In this document: in pieces, positions 36,615 through 44,124 of the stretch
Position numbering within the stretch: the first letter of the stretch is position 1
Layout: the number at the start of each line of letters is the position of its first letter
NCBI GenBank assembly: GCA_964450605.1
Contig: CAYVEK010000002.1
Span: forward strand, 153,681 to 197,804
Direction: 5' to 3'
DNA from: an uncultured Candidatus Saccharibacteria bacterium
GTDB taxonomy: Bacteria; Patescibacteriota; Minisyncoccia; Phycocordibacterales; CAIZLB01
Length of the DNA stretch: 44,124 bases
The notes under the pieces: model-generated
The model's input: only the letters and a program-made list of their open reading frames with translations
Told to the model about the DNA's origin: nothing
The model's database searches: none
Position numbers and translations under genes: made by a program

Positions 36615-37325
36615 ATGGAGAAACAAATAGCACTAGTTATTCCAACATACAATGAGGCCGATAATATAGCACCCTTACTACAAAAGATCAGAGGAATTTG
36701 TCCCGATATACCTATTTATTTTATAGATAGCAACTCTACAGATCTTACTCAGGATAATATAGAAAAACATCAGCAAAAAGACAGGAACGTACACCTATTA
36801 AGACAGCCAAAAAAAATGGGTCTGGGGCCGGCATATACCGAAGCCTTATCACACCTTACAAAAAACACTTCTGTTACCCATGTACTATGTATGGATGCGG
36901 ATCTGTCCCATGACCCAGTAGAAATGCCCAATTTTATTGAAAAATCTGAGAAATATGATGTTGTTATAGGGTCAAGAGTTGTAAATTCAACCCTTTTCCA
37001 GCCTGAAAACTTTTTTAGAAATCTAATCTCAAAATGTATAAATTTTTATACTCATAAAATACTTCGTCTACCTATAACTGACTATAGTTCTGGATTTATA
37101 CTCTTCCCTCTTTATATGCTTAAAAATAATTTAACAAAATTAGAAAAAACAAAAGGTTATATATTTCAAGCTCATTTAAAATATGCATTGTCTAAAAAAA
37201 CTTCGAACTTTATTGAAATACCTATTTTTTTCAAAAACAGAGTTGCAGGAAAATCAAAATTAGATTTCTCTATTGTACTTGAGGCTTTACTCAAAACTCA
37301 CAAAATCCCTTCGTATTACAACTAA
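36615..37325 (+). CDS. glycosyltransferase family 2 (polyprenyl-phosphate mannose/glucose synthase-like)
   Basis: Start reset to MEKQIALVIPTYNEADNI because the track ORF starts inside the tRNA. DAD motif (CMDADLSHDP). Confidence 0.8.
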   Translation: MEKQIALVIPTYNEADNIAPLLQKIRGICPDIPIYFIDSNSTDLTQDNIEKHQQKDRNVHLLRQPKKMGLGPAYTEALSHLTKNTSVTHVLCMDADLSHDPVEMPNFIEKSEKYDVVIGSRVVNSTLFQPENFFRNLISKCINFYTHKILRLPITDYSSGFILFPLYMLKNNLTKLEKTKGYIFQAHLKYALSKKTSNFIEIPIFFKNRVAGKSKLDFSIVLEALLKTHKIPSYYN

Positions 37326-38644
37326 CGCTGTTCTATTAAAACACCCCGCTCGGTGTTATTAACAAATATGTAATTTTTATTATCTACATTTGGCACATAC
37401 ATGTATGGTGATATAACTACTTTTCCAAGATACCGAGGTATTTTATACTCTAACGAATTCATATATACCACCCGACCATCCAATGATGCATAGTATGCAG
37501 ATGATAAGAACATGGGAAAATCATTATATATGATCGGAACTTTATTTTCAGATACTGTAGTAGCGGAATTCAATATATCTCTAGCTTTGTATCTAAAGTT
37601 TATAGGTATACATACGATATATACGAAACCAAGCATAAGCATAATCGCAATTATTCCATATATAAACTGCAACTTGCGTACATATCGTATACATACAAAA
37701 AAACATATAACATACAGCGGAATAAGGAAAGACAAATATTTGTAATAATATAATGGTGTCTTTGTAGATATTAAGTAGAAACAGATATGTTGTACCACAA
37801 TAAACAACCCTATAAACATATCTGAATGTTTTTTGCGGACAATAAAAAATGTTATCAAGACCACTACACAGATAACTGAAGCAGTAATCGTTTGCCACAT
37901 AGCCAGACTGTTTAAAATAATCGGAGATAGGAATAGCTGAGCTTGTGTATAAAAAGCTGTTTTTAAATACTCAAATGTGAGCCATCCTCCAGCTGTTTTA
38001 TCAGCCAAGTGCTCAAAAGCAATAGGTAGCCAGTACAAACATGCCAATACTGTATATAGGTATGAATATAGATATTTATATATATACTTTGACGAACGAG
38101 CTTTATACAAAAGAAACCCTCCAATCGTAATAGCTGGTATAACAAACAACACTTGTGTATAAAATCCTGCAATCATAATCCCGGCAAATAAAAGCATATT
38201 TCTTGTTGTGTACTCACGTAGCACTTTTGTGTATACAAAATATATCGCCAGCAATACCCAGAATGTAAGAAAACCGTAGTAACGTACTTCGAACGAGTAA
38301 TACAGCACCGCGGGAATAATCGTATAAAAAATAGTTGCGACTTTAGACCATGCTTTATCTTTAAATAGGAATAAACAGAGTTTATAAAACACCCAGACAT
38401 TTAAAACACTAAGCGCGATCGTTGCTGATCTAAGTGACATATGACCAAAACCAAACACGAAGCTCCACCACTTGAGCAGTACTGGATATAAAAAAGTATT
38501 ATAATCAGCCGCCATCAAATCAACTATCTTATGTATGGGGTTTTGAACTAAAAGTCCAATAAAAGCTTCGTCGGAAAAATAATCAACTTTATATGCCCAC
38601 CAGAATCTAAATCCGAAAATAATAGCGAGAATAAATATAAACAT
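37322..38644 (-). CDS. integral-membrane GT-C glycosyltransferase (ArnT/PMT_2-like)
   Basis: 440 aa, more than 10 predicted TM segments. Convergent with the GT2 gene, overlapping its 3' end by 4 nt. Confidence 0.55.
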   Translation of the reverse strand: MFIFILAIIFGFRFWWAYKVDYFSDEAFIGLLVQNPIHKIVDLMAADYNTFLYPVLLKWWSFVFGFGHMSLRSATIALSVLNVWVFYKLCLFLFKDKAWSKVATIFYTIIPAVLYYSFEVRYYGFLTFWVLLAIYFVYTKVLREYTTRNMLLFAGIMIAGFYTQVLFVIPAITIGGFLLYKARSSKYIYKYLYSYLYTVLACLYWLPIAFEHLADKTAGGWLTFEYLKTAFYTQAQLFLSPIILNSLAMWQTITASVICVVVLITFFIVRKKHSDMFIGLFIVVQHICFYLISTKTPLYYYKYLSFLIPLYVICFFVCIRYVRKLQFIYGIIAIMLMLGFVYIVCIPINFRYKARDILNSATTVSENKVPIIYNDFPMFLSSAYYASLDGRVVYMNSLEYKIPRYLGKVVISPYMYVPNVDNKNYIFVNNTERGVLIEQR

Positions 38645-38655
38645 ATGCTTATATA

Positions 38656-39372
38656 TTAATCTCTTTTTCGTTCCAAATACACACTTATCGTCCTTCGTTT
38701 AAAAGGCTTACCTTCTTTAGTTATATGTTTGTATGATTTTATCATCTTGTGCACAATAAAATACGGTGATAGTAATTCAACAAGTTCATCGTGAGTAAAC
38801 ACATGCTCTAACACTTTCATGCGTGGATGTATGTATGAATTTTCTTCTTTGTCAGGTGTCGGATATTCTCGTATCATACGTTTTGCATTTTCATCACCTT
38901 CCAAGATAAATGTTTTCAAAAACATCCACCCAAATGGTTTCATTACTCGAGCTATTTCTTCTATATATTCTTTGCGTTTTGCGTCATTTAAAAAATGCAT
39001 AGTCATCATATCAAGTACTATATCTACACTCTGATCTTCCAGATCAAGCTTATCTCCAACTGCACCTTTTCTAAATTCAAGATTTGGTATTTTTAGACTT
39101 TTAACAAACTTATCATTCGCCTGCTGGAGCGCTGTTTCTGATATATCTATACCCAAACCTTTCATCTTATAATCCTGACACATGGTACCGATGTTTCGTC
39201 CATTGCCACAGCCTATATCCAATACGAAGCCACCTTGTGGAAAAGGATCCCATTCTGAGTTACGTATAGCCCATCTAGCAAATGTTAAAAGGTCCTCCGC
39301 AGGATCTTCTGACAAAGTAAGGTGTTTAGAGCTTTTATATTCCTTGTTCCAAAATTGTGTGGTCATTGACAT
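38656..39372 (-). CDS. class I SAM-dependent methyltransferase
   Basis: 238 aa. Motif I VLDIGCGNGRN. Confidence 0.75.
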   Translation of the reverse strand: MSMTTQFWNKEYKSSKHLTLSEDPAEDLLTFARWAIRNSEWDPFPQGGFVLDIGCGNGRNIGTMCQDYKMKGLGIDISETALQQANDKFVKSLKIPNLEFRKGAVGDKLDLEDQSVDIVLDMMTMHFLNDAKRKEYIEEIARVMKPFGWMFLKTFILEGDENAKRMIREYPTPDKEENSYIHPRMKVLEHVFTHDELVELLSPYFIVHKMIKSYKHITKEGKPFKRRTISVYLERKRD

Positions 39373-39414
39373 TCTTTATACACTATTTTTTAAATATATG
39401 CTATACTCCCCTAC

Positions 39415-40206
39415 ATGTTAACAAAAGGCAAAATCCAAACTATACGATCATACGCTGACAAAAAGCACCGAAACGCCAAAGGTGTTTTTGTAGTTGAAGG
39501 TACAAAAAGCGTAGCCGAACTCTTAAAAACAGAGCTTGTAATTGAAGAGATCTATATTACTCATGAATTTGCTAAACGATATGAGCGAGAGCTTCATGCT
39601 GTAGCAAAGAGACAAGCAGAAAAACAGATCTGGCTTAAACCACAGCTGGTTGAGGCTGGTGAATTAAAACATCTTGGAAGTCTCGAAGCAAACGATGGTG
39701 CACTTGCTGTTGTAAAACAACCAAAAATAGAAGCCACCGATCTTATATCTATCGCTCAAAAAGACATAGTGCTCGTTTTAGAAGATGTACGTGACCCAGG
39801 AAATCTCGGAACAATAGTTCGTATAGCTGATTGGTATGGCATACACCAGATACTTGCATCTGTTGGAACAGTAGATATATATAACAACAAGACTATACTT
39901 GCTTCCATGGGATCATACGCGCGTGTTCAAGTGCAATACGGAGATGTAAAAACATTTCTGAAAGAATGTGGTTCTAAAAATATTTTAACTATTGCTTCAG
40001 TTCTTGATGGTAAAAATTCGCATACATATGCATGGCCAAAAAATGGAGTTCTTGTTATCGGAAATGAATCAAACGGTTTATCTTCTGATGTACTCGATCT
40101 AGTGAAAAATAAAATCACAATACCTTCTTATGGTGAGGCTGAGTCACTAAACGCAGGTGTTGCAACTGCAGTTTTGTTGGATGAGTGGAGAAAGAGTTTG
40201 AACTAA
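39415..40206 (+). CDS. TrmH/SpoU-family RNA 2'-O-methyltransferase
   Basis: 263 aa. DPGNLGTIVRIADW, VIGNESNGLS, ESLNAGVATAV motifs. Confidence 0.85.
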   Translation: MLTKGKIQTIRSYADKKHRNAKGVFVVEGTKSVAELLKTELVIEEIYITHEFAKRYERELHAVAKRQAEKQIWLKPQLVEAGELKHLGSLEANDGALAVVKQPKIEATDLISIAQKDIVLVLEDVRDPGNLGTIVRIADWYGIHQILASVGTVDIYNNKTILASMGSYARVQVQYGDVKTFLKECGSKNILTIASVLDGKNSHTYAWPKNGVLVIGNESNGLSSDVLDLVKNKITIPSYGEAESLNAGVATAVLLDEWRKSLN

Positions 40207-40215
40207 TATTCAATC

Positions 40216-40246
40216 AAAAAACCGAGAATCTCTTCTCGGTTTTTTG
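40216..40246 (+). terminator. bidirectional intrinsic terminator
   Basis: AAAAAACCGAGAA-TCTC-TTCTCGGTTTTTT. Confidence 0.75.
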
Positions 40247-40259
40247 TTAGATAACTAGA

Positions 40260-40997
40260 TTATCGTTTGATTTTTGAATTTGTGGGAAAAGTCTTTTTAT
40301 TTACAGGAGTTGCTGGTTTTTCAACTTGATTACATGCTTTTCTTCCTTCGATATCTTTAATATCTGATGGAGTTCGACGATCATCTCTTTTGGCAACATA
40401 TCCAAATGGTGTGAAGGTAATATTTGATAGTGGATCAATCTGACTTGCAGGAGCGTTCCAGGTAACAATTGATACAAGTTGACATTTTGTTCCTGCGAGA
40501 CATTTCTTTAGAGGTTTTAGAATACTCTCTAAAGTATCCTTATTCTTAGAATCAAGAACATTACTCAGAGATGGGGGTGGGGGTGGAGGAATATTTTTTA
40601 TTTCTGAAGGATCAAAACCTGCCAACAACACACTCGCTTGATTTGTTTTACTCAACTTACCTTCTTGTTCAAGTTTTGCTGTTAACTGTTTCCACCAAGT
40701 AAACAGTTCATCTGAATCAGTTGATAGTGTGTAGAAGGAGTATTCACACACTCCACCGTCTTCAGTAGCGTCTTTGTCGTAGTTACAAGCTAGTGTATTT
40801 CGACAACCTGGTTTTGCAGGTTTGGTTGGACCTGTATTGATTGTACTTAGATTCACACGCAAAGGCTCACCTAGTTCTGCTAACAACACTCCCGCCTGAT
40901 CACGTTCTACTTTTGATAAGTTTGCACTTTGCATATTGTAATATACAAGAGCGCCAACTCCTGCAACCAATATGAGTGCGATAATTATTTTTTTCAT
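40260..40997 (-). CDS. secreted/anchored protein with a Cys motif (GCRNTLACNYD...DGGVCEY), paralog B
   Basis: 245 aa. 5' 106 nt are about 97% identical to 28589-28694, and there is a 53-nt perfect match (40776-40828 = 28461-28513). Confidence 0.7.
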   Translation of the reverse strand: MKKIIIALILVAGVGALVYYNMQSANLSKVERDQAGVLLAELGEPLRVNLSTINTGPTKPAKPGCRNTLACNYDKDATEDGGVCEYSFYTLSTDSDELFTWWKQLTAKLEQEGKLSKTNQASVLLAGFDPSEIKNIPPPPPPSLSNVLDSKNKDTLESILKPLKKCLAGTKCQLVSIVTWNAPASQIDPLSNITFTPFGYVAKRDDRRTPSDIKDIEGRKACNQVEKPATPVNKKTFPTNSKIKR

Positions 40998-41036
40998 ACT
41001 TATTATTATCTCACAACAACATAGTACTGCGCAAAT

Positions 41037-42449
41037 TTATTTTGCCAAACCATATCTTTTAAGAGCCTCCTCGCGTGCATCTTTGTGAGGTACTATAGGT
41101 TCAACTTTTTCTTTAAGCCATTTTTTAATATATATACTATCTGGATCAAAACGCTCAGCCTGAAGCTCTGGATTAAATATACGTATAGGCTTTGGATCTG
41201 CACCAACCGAAGCTGACCACTGCCAACCACCGTTGTTTGAAGCTTCGTCTATATCGAACAAAAAGTGTCGAAAATACTCTTGTCCCCATCGCCAATCAAC
41301 CCCAAGGTTTTTGGTTAAAATACTTCCAACGACCATACGAGTTCTGTTATGCATCCACCCTATCTGTTGTATCTGTTGCATAGCAGCATCAACAAGTTCA
41401 TATCCAGTTTTACCTTGTAACCAGGCTGTAAATCTGTGCAAACCCTCTTTTTCATAAACCCAATCAATCTTTCTGTATCTTTCCTGAAACTCAACGTGTA
41501 ACAGTTTTGGATGATGCCATAATAGATATCTATAGAACTCACGCCATATAAGTTCGGATATATATGTTTGTACACCATTCCCTCTAAAATCTCCGTGATG
41601 CTGTCGTATCATCTCAAGAAGCATTCGAGCAGACACAAAGCCCCAAGCTAGAGCAACACTCATCTGAGACGTTCCGTCTTCTGCTAACATATCTCTACTC
41701 TCTTTGTATGAATCTATTCGCACTGCATACTTTTTAAAATGTTTTACAGCACCATCTTCGTCGACATATAAGAGTTCTGAGACGCTTGGTTTTTGCAAGT
41801 CATACTTGTCAAGATCTATGTCAATATTTTTACCTTTTTCATGCAAGCGAATAATACGTAAATCAGAAATATCTTTTTCAAGATCAGCGTGTAAAATATT
41901 GTCAGATAAATCCGAAAGATTGAGATATGTAACACTTTCTACATTTGATTGTTGTATTGTTCTTTTTTTTGTAAACTCATCCCACACTGCGTTTTTAAAT
42001 GGAGTGAATATAGAATATATATTTCCCTGTCCTGTTTTTGTTTCTTTGGATACTGTTAGAGCATCATCATGGACAACAACATCTATACCTTCTTTTTTTA
42101 ATTTATCAATCTGAGAATAAAAGTCAGGATATATATCATCGTTCACATGAACTTGTATATCGTATTTTTGTTGCAACTTCTTAAAAGTTTTTACTACGGT
42201 ACCTTTTGTGATTAGAAAACTTTTAAAGTTTTTGGCAAATGCAGGGAGTGATTTTTTTAAGAGAAGTCTCGCAGAATATCCGAACTGATGATCTGGATGA
42301 AGCCCGGTCATATATCTCTCTAGGATAAATACAGGCAGAAAGGCTGTATTTTCCTTTTTTGAACACTCCAAAGCTGTATGTAACGCAGGGTTATCTTTGA
42401 GACGAAAATCACGTCTTGACCAGTATATGATAAGTGGAGTTTTAGGCAT
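41037..42449 (-). CDS. phrB: deoxyribodipyrimidine photolyase (cryptochrome/photolyase family)
   Basis: 470 aa. N-terminal IYWSRRDFRLKDNPAL and C-terminal FAD-binding strings WREFY, GWMHNRTRM, NNGGWQW. Confidence 0.85.
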   Translation of the reverse strand: MPKTPLIIYWSRRDFRLKDNPALHTALECSKKENTAFLPVFILERYMTGLHPDHQFGYSARLLLKKSLPAFAKNFKSFLITKGTVVKTFKKLQQKYDIQVHVNDDIYPDFYSQIDKLKKEGIDVVVHDDALTVSKETKTGQGNIYSIFTPFKNAVWDEFTKKRTIQQSNVESVTYLNLSDLSDNILHADLEKDISDLRIIRLHEKGKNIDIDLDKYDLQKPSVSELLYVDEDGAVKHFKKYAVRIDSYKESRDMLAEDGTSQMSVALAWGFVSARMLLEMIRQHHGDFRGNGVQTYISELIWREFYRYLLWHHPKLLHVEFQERYRKIDWVYEKEGLHRFTAWLQGKTGYELVDAAMQQIQQIGWMHNRTRMVVGSILTKNLGVDWRWGQEYFRHFLFDIDEASNNGGWQWSASVGADPKPIRIFNPELQAERFDPDSIYIKKWLKEKVEPIVPHKDAREEALKRYGLAK

Positions 42450-42462
42450 AATGTCGTCTAGA

Positions 42463-44124
42463 TTAGTTTAAAATCTTCTGACACAGATTGTACATGTTTT
42501 TCTCTTCTTTTGTAAGTGGTCGCATTTCAGCTATTTTCTCAAGATACACGACTTGTTTTATAGCCTCTTCTTTCAACATTTCTCCTGAAATTTGCAGCTG
42601 TTTCTCCAACTTATCTTGATCCTTGATGTCTATTTTTATTTTTCTTGAGAAACAGGCTTTTAGATACAGTACAAATATTGCTATTGCGAAGAGGATAAAT
42701 ACGAGACCGTATATCCAGTTATGTGTACTTACCCAATCATTAACTGTATTAAGCCAATCTTTATAGACTTCAACAGTCTGACTTTCGCTTACATCAGAAT
42801 CTCCTATATGTGCCCATATTTTATGTGTTCCAAATTCTCTAAGAAGAATTTCTATGGCAATATTTCCTAAATCATCACTCTTTGCTATATACGTCTCAAC
42901 TTTTCGTGATGGTGTTTGAACAGTTACAGAAACATCACTATTTAACTTAGATGTTTTTCCTGAGATTTGTGCATACTCTCCTACTTTTATATCATTCTTA
43001 TTAAGAATGACTATTTGTACCTTTGGCACATCTTTTAGTTCAACTTCCTGTGTTAAAGTGGCCTCATTGTTTGCAGCATCATAGACTTCAACAATCACAC
43101 TATGTTTTCCTCCTTCATATGATTCAGGTATAGAATATACAGCTTTTCCATTTTCAAACAAAATCTTAATTGCCGGACCCCCATCTAATGAAACGTCAGC
43201 AAATGCCACACCTGAATGAGCATCTTTTGCTGTTATTTCAAGTAATCGTGTATTTGCTTCACCTTGTGTTGTTTGAATATTTATATCTGTAGGTATTGCA
43301 GTATCTACCCGTATAGCATAATGTGCTGTTTCTGATACACCGTTTTTGGCAACATATCTAACATGGAGATATGAAATACCGTCACGAACACCTTTCAAAA
43401 CTTTTTGATTTAGACCATATTGCACCGGACCTGTGGCAACAGTATCAGGTTTTGAATCAAATACAGTTTGAACACCTGAAGCGTTTGGATTTTTAGGCCA
43501 ACCTATAATAACATCCTTTGAATTGTACCAAACATCCTGATTTGGATGAGTACTTGATATGAGTTCTGGTTTTGAAAGTTTTACAGCAATAACTGGAGGT
43601 TGTGGCTTTGGAGTTTCTTTTACAGGCTCTTTTACGGCAGGTTTTTCTTCAACAGTCGACGCTTTGGCAACTGTTATCACACTATCATTTACTGAACTAA
43701 CAACCTCTGTACCTTCACCATCATTTTGTCTTATGGAAATACTGTTTAGATCAAATGTCGCACTTCCGGTTTTTTTAGCTTTTGCTGTTATGGAAAAAAC
43801 CAGACCATTAGATCCAGTATATCCAGGAGTAGCAACACCTCCAGCAAAAGATATTTTTCCCGTAGCATTTGAGAAGTTTGGTTCCTCTATCCATATATTT
43901 AACACAGAACCTGCACGACTCACTGAAGTAACCTCGAGCGTATTTGGATCGTAGCTTATAATACCATCAACAGCATTGATAGCTACGGATTGTGTATTTA
44001 CAACAACTTGAAAACGAACAGTTTGTCCAACAGCTGTTTGAACTTGTGTTGGTGAAACTGTGATAGACGCGGCGTGTACTGAAGGAGCAAGAGAAAAGAA
44101 TAATCCGAGGACAAGAATGAGTTT
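42463..44124 (-). CDS. cohesin-domain surface protein with a C-terminal TM anchor; 5' end lies beyond the window
   Basis: The frame stays open from 43923 to the right window edge (KLILVLGLFFSLAPSVHAASITVSP... signal peptide). LNIWIEEPNFSNATGKISFAGG matches the cohesin-like domain pattern common in CPR surface proteins. TM segment YGLVFILFAIAIFVLYL. Confidence 0.65.
   Translation of the reverse strand, partial: KLILVLGLFFSLAPSVHAASITVSPTQVQTAVGQTVRFQVVVNTQSVAINAVDGIISYDPNTLEVTSVSRAGSVLNIWIEEPNFSNATGKISFAGGVATPGYTGSNGLVFSITAKAKKTGSATFDLNSISIRQNDGEGTEVVSSVNDSVITVAKASTVEEKPAVKEPVKETPKPQPPVIAVKLSKPELISSTHPNQDVWYNSKDVIIGWPKNPNASGVQTVFDSKPDTVATGPVQYGLNQKVLKGVRDGISYLHVRYVAKNGVSETAHYAIRVDTAIPTDINIQTTQGEANTRLLEITAKDAHSGVAFADVSLDGGPAIKILFENGKAVYSIPESYEGGKHSVIVEVYDAANNEATLTQEVELKDVPKVQIVILNKNDIKVGEYAQISGKTSKLNSDVSVTVQTPSRKVETYIAKSDDLGNIAIEILLREFGTHKIWAHIGDSDVSESQTVEVYKDWLNTVNDWVSTHNWIYGLVFILFAIAIFVLYLKACFSRKIKIDIKDQDKLEKQLQISGEMLKEEAIKQVVYLEKIAEMRPLTKEEKNMYNLCQKILN

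Overview
AT-rich bacterial window (roughly 35-40% GC by eye), densely packed and mostly minus-strand. Gene content and small gene sizes suggest a reduced-genome, CPR/Patescibacteria-like organism; that is inference only. Housekeeping genes recognised: clpB, a cysteine desulfurase, infB-rbfA, gpmI, an RluA-family pseudouridine synthase, tsf-rpsB, prfA, rpmE, rplY, rpmG, a photolyase, a TrmH-family methyltransferase, a PfkB kinase and a transketolase C-terminal subunit. There are seven tRNAs and a 16S rRNA gene not followed by a 23S within the window. Envelope and surface genes include a type IV pilin-like protein, two GT2 + GT-C glycosyltransferase pairs, a GT4, a lytic transglycosylase, a 1429-aa NHL-repeat protein, a cohesin-domain protein and two mosaic secreted paralogs. 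Main second-look items: (1) two tandem NHPF-motif methyltransferase paralogs, each followed directly by a ~135-nt structured element that looks derived from 23S rRNA domain V, plus a sarcin-ricin-loop-like 13-mer; (2) a two-copy structured repeat next to tRNA genes, with compensatory hairpin changes and a 19-nt duplication of the tRNA-Trp 3' end; (3) a ~2-kb GC-rich island with two unknown ORFs; (4) a 16S 3' tail without the CCUCC anti-Shine-Dalgarno, matched by no SD motifs upstream of the starts inspected; (5) a promoter/terminator-bounded sRNA candidate. No CRISPR array, transposase, integrase or reverse transcriptase was seen. All calls come from reading the sequence and from memory of protein and RNA families; no searches were run.
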